Shown piece after piece: positions 18,688 to 29,700 of a stretch of 64,000 bases of DNA. A model generated the notes under the pieces. It did not search any database, was not told where the DNA came from, and saw only the letters and a program-made list of their open reading frames with translations. Source of the stretch: Arenimonas sp. (GTDB taxonomy: Bacteria > Pseudomonadota > Gammaproteobacteria > Xanthomonadales > Xanthomonadaceae); assembly GCF_044348765.1 (NCBI RefSeq), contig NZ_JBIKSE010000004.1:2981-66980 (forward strand), read 5' to 3'. Position 1 is the first letter of the stretch. Each line of letters starts with the position of its first letter. A program made the translations under genes and the position numbers.

Positions 18688-21411
18688 CTATTGCTCGGCC
18701 TCAAAAATGTAACCATGCTCGCGTAGAACCGTTGCAACCGCCCGTCGCACGGCCTGCAGCACTGGGGTCAATGCAACCACCCGTGACTGCATGGCCAGAT
18801 GACAGCGCAGACTTTCAGCCTGAAGCACTTCGATGGCATCCATCAGAATTTCGGCCTGCCCCGCGGTCATGGTACCGGTCTGCACCAAGGCCGTGACCAG
18901 CGCGCAGCTTTCACGACATACCGCCAGCGACGGATGCTCGGCAGCATGGCCGAGCACCATCGCCTGCAGTAGAAACTCGATGTCGGTCAGTCCACCAGGA
19001 CCGTGCTTGAGATCGAACCGGTCCTCGCAGCCGCGGTCGAGCTCGGCCCGCATGCGTTGACGCATGGCGGTGATTTCCGCTTTCAAAGCCATTGGATCAC
19101 GCGGGCTGCAGAGAATTTCGACACGCAGCGTTTCGAAAGCCGAAACCAGCGAGGCATCGCCTGCGACCGCACGGGCACGCACTAGGGCCTGCAACTCCCA
19201 GACCCAGGCCCGTTGTTTCTGATAGGTTGCGAAGCTGTCGAGGCTGCTGACCAATAGCCCCTTGGCACCGTCCGGGCGAAGCCGAATATCAGTCTCGTAC
19301 AGACTGCCGGCGGGCGTGGTCAGATCCAGCAGTGCAATCAGCTTCTGGGCATGACGCAGGAAATAACGGGAGGCATCGAGGCTGCGTATGCCATCACTGG
19401 CCTGAATCGGCCCGACTTGATTGAGGAAAACAAGATCAAGATCTGAATTGAATGACAAGCCGGAAGCGCCCAGACTGCCGTATCCGATGACGGCGAAGGC
19501 CGAATCCATTACCGCACCGTGCTGCTGGAAAAGCTCGGTGGCGGCAATCCGCTGGCAACGCTCCAGCACTTGTTCGGCGAGTTGGGTCAGGAGGCGACTG
19601 GCCTGGGTGGCGGCCATGCCGTGAAAAAGAAAATGGTAGGCAATCTTGAACCCGAGACTGAGCTTGGATTCGTTCAAAGCGAGCAGCGCGGCCTCGGCAT
19701 CTTCGGCATGTCCGGCCAACCGAGCATCGATCTGTGCCGGCAAGGTCTCGGCATCGAATCCACGCGCGATGATACGGCTGTCCAACAACTCATCCAACAA
19801 CAGAGGATGCTCGATTAACTGCTGGGTCATCCACAGGCTTTCATCAAAAACATCGACCACCCGCTGCAGTGCATTCGGCTGCTCGTCGAGCAGGGCGATG
19901 TAACTGCTGCGCTTGAGGGTGGCCTGCAGGAAGCTGATGGCATGGGTCAGACAGTCGTCCGGGTGGCTGGCCTTGCTGCAGGCGAGCATCAAAGCTGCTG
20001 TGACGCGCTGCAGTCGCTGTTTCGAGCGATCCGCCAGTGCCTGGGTGACGGCACTTTCAAATAATGCCGTGATGCGATCAGTATGCCGGACAGAATCAGC
20101 AAAACCCATCGCCTGCAGGTCCTGCTCGCCAGCGGTAGCGGCAGGCTGTGCTGCAGGATCGCCGAGCAATCCGGAAAACAATTGTTCAACAGCGGACCGG
20201 TGCCGTTCTAAATCGGCAATCAATGCGGGTGTCTCGGCATAGCCCAATCCCTGGGCCAGACGCTTCTGGATTTCGGATGGTTCCGGAAGCCGGTGCACCT
20301 GTGCATCCGCCAGCATCTGCACGCGGTTTTCCAGACGCCTGAGGAACAGATAGGCTTCATGCAGGATGACCGCTGCCTGCGGATCGATCAATCCAACATC
20401 CCGAAGACGCATCAATCCCTCAAGCAGGCTCCTTACCTGCAGCGCCTTATGGCGTCCGCCATAAATGATCTGCAGCGCCTGCACATAGAATTCGATTTCA
20501 CGGATGCCGCCCGGGCCCAGCTTCAGATCATCGCGTTTGTCGCGGCGCTGCACTTCGGCCTCGATTTTCGCCTTCATGTCGCGCAACCCATCGATGGCGG
20601 TGAAATCGAGATAGCGCCGGTATACAAACGGGCGCAGCATGTCGAGCAGGCGCCAGCCAGTAGCGGCGTCACCAGCCACCGGACGCGCCTTCAGCCAGGC
20701 ATAGCGCTCCCAATCACGTCCCGCACTTTGGAAATAGTGTTCCATGGCAGTGAACGACAGTAGCAAGCGGCCACTGGCACCGAACGGACGCAGTCGCAGA
20801 TCAACCCGATGACAGAAGCCATCGGCAGTGACCTCATCAAGCAGATTGGCCAGCCGTTGTCCAAGCCGGGTGAAATACGTTTCGGCAGCAATCGGGCGTT
20901 CGCCATCACTCATGCCATGCCCGCTGAAGGCATACACTAAATCGACATCGGATGAAAAGTTCAGCTCTCCGCCGCCGAGCTTGCCGAGGCCGAGCACCGT
21001 CATATGCTGCTCCAGACCATGCTGGTCACGAACGGTGCCATGACTTTGGCGCAATACTCTGTCAATGGCCGAAAATCCAGTCTGCAAAGCCTGCTCGGCA
21101 ATCCAGGTACTGCCGGCAAGTGTCTGCTCGACGCTATCGATGCCAAGCACATCCCGCCAGATCAATTTCAGTGATTGCGCGCGACGCCAGCGGCGGATCA
21201 GGCCAGGCCACTCGGCGTCTCTGCCATCGGGAAGTTGCAGAGACTGCAAGGGCTCATCAAGCCTGCCCAATAGATCGGGTTGCTGAATCAATACATCAAC
21301 AGCGAAATCAGAAGCGGCCACAAGTCGCGCGAGCGCCTCGGAACTTGGGGCATTATGGGGATGATCGGCCAACAGTCCGGCCAGTACCGGCGGTAAAGCC
21401 TTATAGGACAA
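18688..21411 (-). CDS. glnE: Bifunctional glutamine synthetase adenylyltransferase/deadenylyltransferase
   Basis: GLGKLGGGELNFSSDVDL, RVDLRLRPFG, GRDWERYAWLKAR, GYGSLG...SDLDLVF, D.RLRPDGAKG. Start uncertain (TTG at 21411 overlapping the upstream stop is a guess). Confidence 0.92.
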   Translation of the reverse strand: MSYKALPPVLAGLLADHPHNAPSSEALARLVAASDFAVDVLIQQPDLLGRLDEPLQSLQLPDGRDAEWPGLIRRWRRAQSLKLIWRDVLGIDSVEQTLAGSTWIAEQALQTGFSAIDRVLRQSHGTVRDQHGLEQHMTVLGLGKLGGGELNFSSDVDLVYAFSGHGMSDGERPIAAETYFTRLGQRLANLLDEVTADGFCHRVDLRLRPFGASGRLLLSFTAMEHYFQSAGRDWERYAWLKARPVAGDAATGWRLLDMLRPFVYRRYLDFTAIDGLRDMKAKIEAEVQRRDKRDDLKLGPGGIREIEFYVQALQIIYGGRHKALQVRSLLEGLMRLRDVGLIDPQAAVILHEAYLFLRRLENRVQMLADAQVHRLPEPSEIQKRLAQGLGYAETPALIADLERHRSAVEQLFSGLLGDPAAQPAATAGEQDLQAMGFADSVRHTDRITALFESAVTQALADRSKQRLQRVTAALMLACSKASHPDDCLTHAISFLQATLKRSSYIALLDEQPNALQRVVDVFDESLWMTQQLIEHPLLLDELLDSRIIARGFDAETLPAQIDARLAGHAEDAEAALLALNESKLSLGFKIAYHFLFHGMAATQASRLLTQLAEQVLERCQRIAATELFQQHGAVMDSAFAVIGYGSLGASGLSFNSDLDLVFLNQVGPIQASDGIRSLDASRYFLRHAQKLIALLDLTTPAGSLYETDIRLRPDGAKGLLVSSLDSFATYQKQRAWVWELQALVRARAVAGDASLVSAFETLRVEILCSPRDPMALKAEITAMRQRMRAELDRGCEDRFDLKHGPGGLTDIEFLLQAMVLGHAAEHPSLAVCRESCALVTALVQTGTMTAGQAEILMDAIEVLQAESLRCHLAMQSRVVALTPVLQAVRRAVATVLREHGYIFEAEQ

Positions 21412-22597
21412 ACGCCACCGCCATCCACAGGAACAGGCCAATGCAGATCATGTCGGACAACCCCGAGAGCACCAGATTGGCGGCCATGGCCGGATTGATG
21501 CCAAGCTTGCGGAGCAGCAAGGGCATGGCCGCACCGAGCAAGCCGGCGACCATGCAGCTGAGCGCCATCGCCGTCGCAAGCAAAAGCGCCAGGGGCAATG
21601 GATCGCCCTGCTCCGGATGCCGCGAGGCGATGATAAACATGCCGACACCGGCCAAAACACCAGTCAGAACACCGTTGACCAGTCCGAGCCAGGTTTCCTT
21701 GAGCACCTGACGTTTGACCGGCCGTGCGGGATTGGAAAGGCTGAGACCACGGAGGGTACAGGCCAGAGACTGCGCCCCGATTGTCCGGCACAGGCCGGCC
21801 AGTACCGGCAGGAATATCGCGAGCAGTGTGGCTTTCGCGATATCTTCCTGGAAGCGGCCGATGATGGCACCGACTACAAACAGCATGAACAGATGGATCT
21901 GCAACCAGGGCTGACGGAACTGGAATTTACGCCACCACGGGGATGCCCACTGTTCATCATGGTCGACCCCGACCAGGTAGCCAGGCTGTCCCGACAATTC
22001 GAACGCCTGCTGCTGGTGCAACCGGTGCGTGTGCACCTGGCCAAGCAATACGTTAGCGTCGTCGCAGACCGGATAGGTCAGCGGCGGCTGAAGTGATAGT
22101 CGCGACAGGGCCTCATTCAATGGCCATTCGGGACGCAGGCTGCAGGGATCACGCTGCATAATTTGGTCGAGTGTTTGTCCGCGCTCAGCAAACAGCAGTT
22201 CGCGGAAGGCCACGATACCGAGCAGACGGTTCTCGGGATCGACCACATAGACTTGGTTCAATTCGCGTTGCGGCATCAATTCGCGCAACAGATCGACTGC
22301 CATAGCCACCGAAGTGCCTTTGCGGAAGGCCGCAACCGGTTCTTCCAGTTGATTGCCTACGGTGCCCAGCGCGTAGTGTTCGGCGCGCAACCAGGCCGCG
22401 CCGGTTTGACAGGCAGTCATGATCGATTCACGGACGTCTTCCGGCAAGGCCAGCAGGATGGCCATGGCACGCGCCGGCGGCAGATCACTGAGTTGCTGTG
22501 CGGCCAGATTGGGATGCTCGAGATCAAGCAGACCGGCGGCCGTGCGTGCATCCAACGCCATCAGGCGGGAACTGAACAGTTCGTCTTGGCGGACCAC
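21401..22597 (-). CDS. MgtE-like magnesium transporter (CBS pair plus membrane domain), divergent
   Basis: YVVD..N.LLGIV..RELL CBS pair, R.PWL, LAIFLPV, NPAMA...LSD in the last TM; GTG start. Confidence 0.78.
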   Translation of the reverse strand: MVRQDELFSSRLMALDARTAAGLLDLEHPNLAAQQLSDLPPARAMAILLALPEDVRESIMTACQTGAAWLRAEHYALGTVGNQLEEPVAAFRKGTSVAMAVDLLRELMPQRELNQVYVVDPENRLLGIVAFRELLFAERGQTLDQIMQRDPCSLRPEWPLNEALSRLSLQPPLTYPVCDDANVLLGQVHTHRLHQQQAFELSGQPGYLVGVDHDEQWASPWWRKFQFRQPWLQIHLFMLFVVGAIIGRFQEDIAKATLLAIFLPVLAGLCRTIGAQSLACTLRGLSLSNPARPVKRQVLKETWLGLVNGVLTGVLAGVGMFIIASRHPEQGDPLPLALLLATAMALSCMVAGLLGAAMPLLLRKLGINPAMAANLVLSGLSDMICIGLFLWMAVAFVL

Positions 22598-22648
22598 GGC
22601 GCTTCCTCAAAGGGTTTGCCATAGATTAACGCAGTTGTGCGGCAATGC

Positions 22649-23650
22649 CTACGGCACGTACACTGGTTCGGTAATGACATAACCGCGGGCCTGCAGGCGG
22701 TCAAGCAATCCGCCGGGTGCAATCAAGTCGGCGATATTGACCACGGCCACGGTAGAAGGATTCTTCGCCACGGCGGCATCCACCGCCTGCAGCCAGGCAC
22801 TCCGTGCACGTTGCTGCACATCACCCAAGCCGGCGCTCTGACCAATACCGGAACCGACCAAGGCATCAATGCAGGCCCCGGAAAAATCGGTTTGCGCAAT
22901 ACGCCGGTAGCCAGCGATATCGCCGACCGCCCATAGACGCCCGCGTTCGCCCATGAACTGCACATCGCGTTCGATACTGTCCAAAGTTTTCTCGAAGCAG
23001 GCAACATCGCTGAGCGCACGCTTGTTGAACTCCTTGATGAATTTTTTCGGATCGCCGATATCCACGGTGATTTCCGGGCGCGTCACCGGCACATCGGCTT
23101 TCTTGGCCAGGTCCTTGGCTTCCGGCCAGACAATGCCCTTGTTGCTTAGGCCGGCCTTGCGGATGGCTTTTTCGTACAATTCCTGCGCAGCGAAAATCGG
23201 ACGCCAGCTTTCGATATCCTTGTCATTACCGATGTACTTCTGCTTCATCACCTGCCAACGGCGATAGGTTTCCGGCTGCAGGATCTCCTGCAGCGTACGG
23301 CCATCGGGATTCTTACGCGCTTTCAAAAGCGAAGGCACCAAACCGATTTTGGCAAAGAAACCGAGCTTGCTGTCGAGTTTGACCGATGGCCCACCGATCA
23401 GCGCCTGCGATTGGGCCAGACGGCGCTCGAGCTTGATGGTTTCCCATTCCATGCCCTTGGGTACCGGCCGGATCGAGGCCAAAATCCAGACGATGTTGCC
23501 GCCTTTACTGGCCTGCCAGAAACCGGGCCCAGGCAAAACGCCTTTGACCTCGACGGTATTGGCCACCACCACGGGCGGTGTGGCCGCAACGTCCTGCGAC
23601 AGGACCGGAGTGGCGCTGATGGACAGCAGCAGAGGTAGGATGAGACGCAT
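22649..23650 (-). CDS. TraB/GumN family exported protein
   Basis: Signal peptide, VLPGPGFWQ.SKG..VWIL, N.DG.TL..IL.PE.Y.RW, W.P.FAA..L, LARLQARGY-type C-terminus. Confidence 0.78.
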   Translation of the reverse strand: MRLILPLLLSISATPVLSQDVAATPPVVVANTVEVKGVLPGPGFWQASKGGNIVWILASIRPVPKGMEWETIKLERRLAQSQALIGGPSVKLDSKLGFFAKIGLVPSLLKARKNPDGRTLQEILQPETYRRWQVMKQKYIGNDKDIESWRPIFAAQELYEKAIRKAGLSNKGIVWPEAKDLAKKADVPVTRPEITVDIGDPKKFIKEFNKRALSDVACFEKTLDSIERDVQFMGERGRLWAVGDIAGYRRIAQTDFSGACIDALVGSGIGQSAGLGDVQQRARSAWLQAVDAAVAKNPSTVAVVNIADLIAPGGLLDRLQARGYVITEPVYVP

Positions 23651-23711
23651 GGCTTTTCCGGAGAGGCAATGATGCATTCTATGACAGGTTGATGTGAAGA
23701 ATGTTGCAATG

Positions 23712-23741
23712 AAAAACCCCGCTCGGAAGCGGGGCTCTTTT
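23712..23741 (-). terminator. groEL intrinsic terminator
   Basis: Minus strand CCCCGCT-TCCG-AGCGGGG then TTTTT. Confidence 0.85.
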
Positions 23742-23765
23742 CAGGCCTGCATGTACAGGGCTGGA

Positions 23766-25439
<1,674 letters not shown>

Positions 25440-25727
25440 TTAGGCCAGGATGGCCAGGATGTCGTCTTCTTTGACGACCAGGATTTCGACGCCATCGTGT
25501 TTGATTTCGGTGCCGGCGTATTTGCCGAACAGGACCTTGTCACCCACTTTGACTTTCGGCGCGCGGACGCTGCCGTTATCCAGCGGCTTGCCTTCACCCA
25601 CCGCCAACACTTCACCTTTCACCGGTTTTTCAGTGGCCGAATCCGGAATGACGATGCCGCCGGCGGACAGTTTTTCTTCTTCCATGCGTTTGATGACAAC
25701 GCGATCATGCAGAGGCTTGATGTTCAT
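25440..25727 (-). CDS. groS: Co-chaperonin GroES
   Basis: [38 protein letters not shown]. Confidence 0.99.
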   Translation of the reverse strand: MNIKPLHDRVVIKRMEEEKLSAGGIVIPDSATEKPVKGEVLAVGEGKPLDNGSVRAPKVKVGDKVLFGKYAGTEIKHDGVEILVVKEDDILAILA

Positions 25728-25779
25728 AAATTACCTTTGTGTTTAAAATCAATATGTTGAGTAAATCCCGAGTCGGCGT

Positions 25780-25806
25780 TTAGCACTCGGGAAAGCAGAG
25801 TGCCAG
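25780..25806. promoter_or_regulatory. CIRCE element (HrcA operator) in the groES leader
   Basis: TTAGCACTC-GGGAAAGCA-GAGTGCCAG versus consensus TTAGCACTC-N9-GAGTGCTAA. Confidence 0.9.
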
Positions 25807-25842
25807 ATTCTACGCGAAAATGCCCAGCTCTGGGGTGTTGCC

Positions 25843-25874
25843 TTAATGGGGGCCGGTGGTTCGGCTTTCAAGGG
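25843..25874 (-). promoter_or_regulatory. Sigma32 (RpoH) heat-shock promoter of groESL
   Basis: Minus strand CCCTTGAAA-GCCGAACCACCGGC-CCCCATTA, matching CTTGAAA-N13-17-CCCCATNT. Confidence 0.85.
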
Positions 25875-25939
25875 GTCGGCAAAGCGCCCGCTTTGGGCTA
25901 CCCTAGAAAGCCGTTGAAAACCGCCTGTCCGGAACGCCC

Positions 25940-28033
25940 GTGAACCGTATTGTTCTCTGCCTAGCCCTGCTTTCCCTGTCGTCCGCATCGGCACGTGCCG
26001 CTTCCGAAGCCGATCTGCTGCCGGTGGATCAGGCCTACCCGATTTCAATCGATGCAGTGCGTACCGACAGCGTCCGGATCCGATGGGGCATCGCCGACGG
26101 CTACTATCTTTACAAGCACCGTACCGCCATCGAAAGCGATAACCCGGAGGTGACGCTGGAGCCGCTACAGCTTCCTGCCGGCAAACCCTACCGCGATGAA
26201 TTCTTCGGCGATGTCGAAACCTACCGCAAGGAATTGGTCACCACGGTCCGTTTCAGCGCGCCGGACGGCACCGGCCATCTGCTGTTGCGCCTGCAATATC
26301 AAGGCTGTGCCGACATCGGCATCTGTTATCCGCCGCAGAACAAACGTCTGCGCATCCCGCTGACGACTACCGACACCGATGGCATGGCTGTACTTGGTCT
26401 GGATGCCGCCGACGATAGCACCCTGCGGGAACAAGATGCGTTCCGCGTCGAAGCCATCGTCGGTGATGCCGGATCACTACTACTGAAATTGACGCCGGCT
26501 GAAGGTTACTACCTGTATCGCGACAAAATTGCCTTCAGCACATCGCAGGACGCCATCGCCGAACTGGGCAAAGCGAAGCTGCCAGAAGCGGTGTGGTATC
26601 CCGATCCGGAATTCGGCACCGTGCCGGTATATTTCGAGCCAGCAGAAATCGTCCTGCCCCTGCAACGAAAGCGTACGAAGGCCGGCACCCTGCAATTGAC
26701 CGTGAATTATCAGGGTTGCAAGGAAAACGGTATCTGCTATCCGCCGATGAAAAAAACGCTCACGCTCGGACTTCCCGCCGGTAGCACGGTCAGTGATGCC
26801 GGTGCTGTCGATACCAAGGCGCCAGCCATGCTACTGCAATGGTTGCCGGCGTTGCTCCTAGCGCTTCTGGGCGGACTGATTCTCAACCTGATGCCCTGCG
26901 TGCTGCCGGTACTGTCGTTCAAGGCTATGGCGCTGGCAAAGGCCAACACCCCCGGCCATGCCCGCAGCCATGCCCTGTGGTACACCTCCGGCGTCATGAG
27001 CAGTTTTGCCGCACTCGGCATTGGCGTGCTGGCGCTGCGTAGTGCCGGTCAAGCCATGGGCTGGGGCTTCCAGTTGCAGCAGCCAATTATCGTCGGCGGT
27101 CTTGCGCTGCTGATGTTCGGTATCGGTTTGATGATGTCAGGTCTTTTCAACTGGGGCTCCGGCTTCGCCGGCATGGGACAATCGCTCACCGAAAAATCCG
27201 GCCCCACCGGTGACTTCTTCACCGGCGTTCTGGCGGTGGTAGTGGCCAGCCCGTGCACCGCACCGTTCATGGGCAGTGCCTTGGCGTTCGCTTTCACCGC
27301 ACATTGGCTACTGGCCTTATCCGTTTTCCTGGCCTTGGGTCTGGGTCTAGCACTGCCGTTCCTGCTGATCGGCTTCCTGCCCGGCCTTGCCGGTAGATTG
27401 CCGAAGCCCGGCGCCTGGATGGACACGCTCAAGCATTGGCTGGCCTATCCGATGTACCTAACCGCGGTATGGTTGGCTTGGGTATTCGGAAACCAGAAAG
27501 GCGTGGATGGCTTGGCACTGCTGTTGCTTGCCGCCACCATGCTGGCCGCCGCACTGTGGTGGTTCGAGCGTCAGAAACTGAACCCCAACCTGCGCGCCAA
27601 AGCCATTGTGCTGGCGCTGGGCGTACTGGCCGCTGCCAGCTTCGGTGCCGCCCTGCAACAAGCGCAACCGGGCGCAACAATCAGCACGCAAGGCAAGAAT
27701 TACGAAGCGTTCAGTCCGCAACGCCTGGCCGAACTGCGCGCACAGGGCACGCCGGTGTTCGTCGACATGACCGCCGACTGGTGCATTACCTGCAAGGTCA
27801 ATGAAAAAGCAGTACTGCATACGGACGCCTTTACGCAGCTACTGAGAGAGGCCGGCACCGTGTATCTGGTCGGTGATTGGACTAACCAAGACCCGGCCAT
27901 CAGCGCCTATTTGGATCAATACGATACTCCGGGCGTGCCGCTGTATGTGGTCTATCCCAACGGCCCGGGCGAAGGCAAGAAACTGCCACAGCTACTGACG
28001 CTCGATATCATGCGTGACGCGCTGGTGCCATGA
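25940..28033 (+). CDS. dsbD: Thiol:disulfide interchange protein DsbD with two N-terminal Ig-like domains
   Basis: Two GYYLY...YQGC...GICYPP units, TM cysteines MPCVLP and ASPCTAP, C-terminal thioredoxin ADWCITCKVNE. Confidence 0.92.
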   Translation: MNRIVLCLALLSLSSASARAASEADLLPVDQAYPISIDAVRTDSVRIRWGIADGYYLYKHRTAIESDNPEVTLEPLQLPAGKPYRDEFFGDVETYRKELVTTVRFSAPDGTGHLLLRLQYQGCADIGICYPPQNKRLRIPLTTTDTDGMAVLGLDAADDSTLREQDAFRVEAIVGDAGSLLLKLTPAEGYYLYRDKIAFSTSQDAIAELGKAKLPEAVWYPDPEFGTVPVYFEPAEIVLPLQRKRTKAGTLQLTVNYQGCKENGICYPPMKKTLTLGLPAGSTVSDAGAVDTKAPAMLLQWLPALLLALLGGLILNLMPCVLPVLSFKAMALAKANTPGHARSHALWYTSGVMSSFAALGIGVLALRSAGQAMGWGFQLQQPIIVGGLALLMFGIGLMMSGLFNWGSGFAGMGQSLTEKSGPTGDFFTGVLAVVVASPCTAPFMGSALAFAFTAHWLLALSVFLALGLGLALPFLLIGFLPGLAGRLPKPGAWMDTLKHWLAYPMYLTAVWLAWVFGNQKGVDGLALLLLAATMLAAALWWFERQKLNPNLRAKAIVLALGVLAAASFGAALQQAQPGATISTQGKNYEAFSPQRLAELRAQGTPVFVDMTADWCITCKVNEKAVLHTDAFTQLLREAGTVYLVGDWTNQDPAISAYLDQYDTPGVPLYVVYPNGPGEGKKLPQLLTLDIMRDALVP

Positions 28034-28617
28034 ATCCACTGAAGGTGGTGGCGCTAGCGTTTTTGGCAGCCCTACTGGGATTGGCGGCCGGAGTGTTCGT
28101 TGCCGGACCCGGTATTTTGCTGCGCACCGACGTCGGACAGGCGCTGTTCGAGCACGTGCTGCCACCAAAATATCCGGCACCGGGCGGTGCCGCCAGCATC
28201 GGCGACACAGTGCGGCCTTTCACGGTGACCAGCTTCGATGGGAGCCCGCGTATGCTGCCAAGCCCGGGCCGTTGGCAGATCGTCAACTACTGGGCCAGCT
28301 GGTGCGGCCCCTGTCGGTTGGAAATGCCATGGCTGGATGCTGTCCATGCCGACAGCCGAGGACGCTACGAGGTCGTTGGCATCGCGCTGGAAGCCCCGGA
28401 TGCGGCCGTCACCCTATTGAGTGAAATTCCGGTCCGATTTGCCCAACACCACGAGCCGCCTGGCGCGGCCGATAGCTCGGTAATTCTGGGTAATGGCTGG
28501 GGGGTTCTGCCGTTCACGGTGCTGATTGACCCACAAGGGCGTTTGGTCAAACGCCATATCGGCGTATTTGCCGGCGAAGCCCAATTGCGCGAATGGCTGC
28601 AGGATGGCATGCGCTGA
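28030..28617 (+). CDS. TlpA-family thiol:disulfide oxidoreductase
   Basis: N-terminal TM, VNYWASWCGPCRLEMP, LPFTVLIDPQG; ATGA overlap with dsbD. Confidence 0.9.
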   Translation: MNPLKVVALAFLAALLGLAAGVFVAGPGILLRTDVGQALFEHVLPPKYPAPGGAASIGDTVRPFTVTSFDGSPRMLPSPGRWQIVNYWASWCGPCRLEMPWLDAVHADSRGRYEVVGIALEAPDAAVTLLSEIPVRFAQHHEPPGAADSSVILGNGWGVLPFTVLIDPQGRLVKRHIGVFAGEAQLREWLQDGMR

Positions 28618-28675
28618 TGCCAACGGTGATTAAAATTCAAACAGCATTCATTTTCAGCTAAATTACGTCATTATC

Positions 28676-28704
28676 TGGACAAAACCGCTCAAGTTTGCGA
28701 AAAT
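28676..28704 (+). promoter_or_regulatory. Probable sigma70 promoter for aroQ-accB-accC
   Basis: TGGACA-17 nt-GAAAAT with an AT-rich stretch upstream; same -10 as the tRNA-Met promoter. Confidence 0.55.
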
Positions 28705-28728
28705 TGTCGTTCGCTTGGGGAGGATGCT

Positions 28729-29187
28729 GTGGCGTATTTTCTGATATTGAACGGCCCGAATCTGAATCTGCTAGGGCAACGCGAGCCGGGCATTTACGGC
28801 ACGGAGACCCTGACACAGATCAACGACGGCCTCAGAATTCAGGCCGAAAGCGCCGGTCACCGCATCACCTTCCTGCAGAGCAATGCCGAACATGAACTGG
28901 TCGAGGCGGTGCAGAAGGCGCCCGCCCAGGGCGTGAATGCCATCCTGATCAATCCGGCGGCGTTCACCCACACCTCAGTCGCCCTGCGCGATGCCTTCGC
29001 GGCGGTCGGCCTGCCCTTCATCGAAGCGCACCTGTCAAATCCGCACAGCCGCGAACCGTTCCGGCAGCATTCCTATTTTTCCGATCTGGCCAAAGCCGTC
29101 ATCTGCGGCTTCGGTCCCGACAGCTACCGCTTTGCCCTGGCGCAACTGATGCAGTGGTTTCCCGCATCCACTGCCGACACCCCCTGA
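28729..29187 (+). CDS. aroQ: Type II 3-dehydroquinate dehydratase
   Basis: [46 protein letters not shown]...REPFR; GGAGG RBS. Confidence 0.97.
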   Translation: MAYFLILNGPNLNLLGQREPGIYGTETLTQINDGLRIQAESAGHRITFLQSNAEHELVEAVQKAPAQGVNAILINPAAFTHTSVALRDAFAAVGLPFIEAHLSNPHSREPFRQHSYFSDLAKAVICGFGPDSYRFALAQLMQWFPASTADTP

Positions 29188-29207
29188 ACCACGCACCCGA
29201 GGTCATT

Positions 29208-29687
29208 ATGGACTTACGCAAAATCAAAGCTCTGATCGAACTGCTGGAAAAATCCAGTCTGTCCGAGCTGGAAATCAAGGAAGGCGAGGAGACCGTGCGC
29301 CTGGCCCGGCATAGCAGCATGGCCGCACCGGCTCCGGTCGTGCATCATGTGTCGGCGCCGATGCCCGCCACAGAAGCCCCGGCACGTGTACCGGCCGCCA
29401 ACCCCGGTCCGTCGGCCGAGGCCGTCGGCAAATCGACCAGGTCGGTTCCGGACGGCCACACTGTGCGTTCGCCGATGGTCGGCACCTTCTACGCCTCGCC
29501 CAGTCCGGAAGCCGCACCCTATGTGCGGATCGGACAGACCGTGAAAGCCGGCGACACCATCGGCATCATCGAAGCGATGAAGATGTTCAATCCGATCGAA
29601 GCCGACGTGTCGGGCACCGTGACCACCATCCTGGTCCAGCCGGGCCAGGCGATCGAATTCGACGAAGCGATGTTCATCATCTCCTGA
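29208..29687 (+). CDS. accB: Acetyl-CoA carboxylase biotin carboxyl carrier protein
   Basis: [31 protein letters not shown] biotinylation site. Confidence 0.97.
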   Translation: MDLRKIKALIELLEKSSLSELEIKEGEETVRLARHSSMAAPAPVVHHVSAPMPATEAPARVPAANPGPSAEAVGKSTRSVPDGHTVRSPMVGTFYASPSPEAAPYVRIGQTVKAGDTIGIIEAMKMFNPIEADVSGTVTTILVQPGQAIEFDEAMFIIS

Positions 29688-29700
29688 GCAGGTTGAATCC

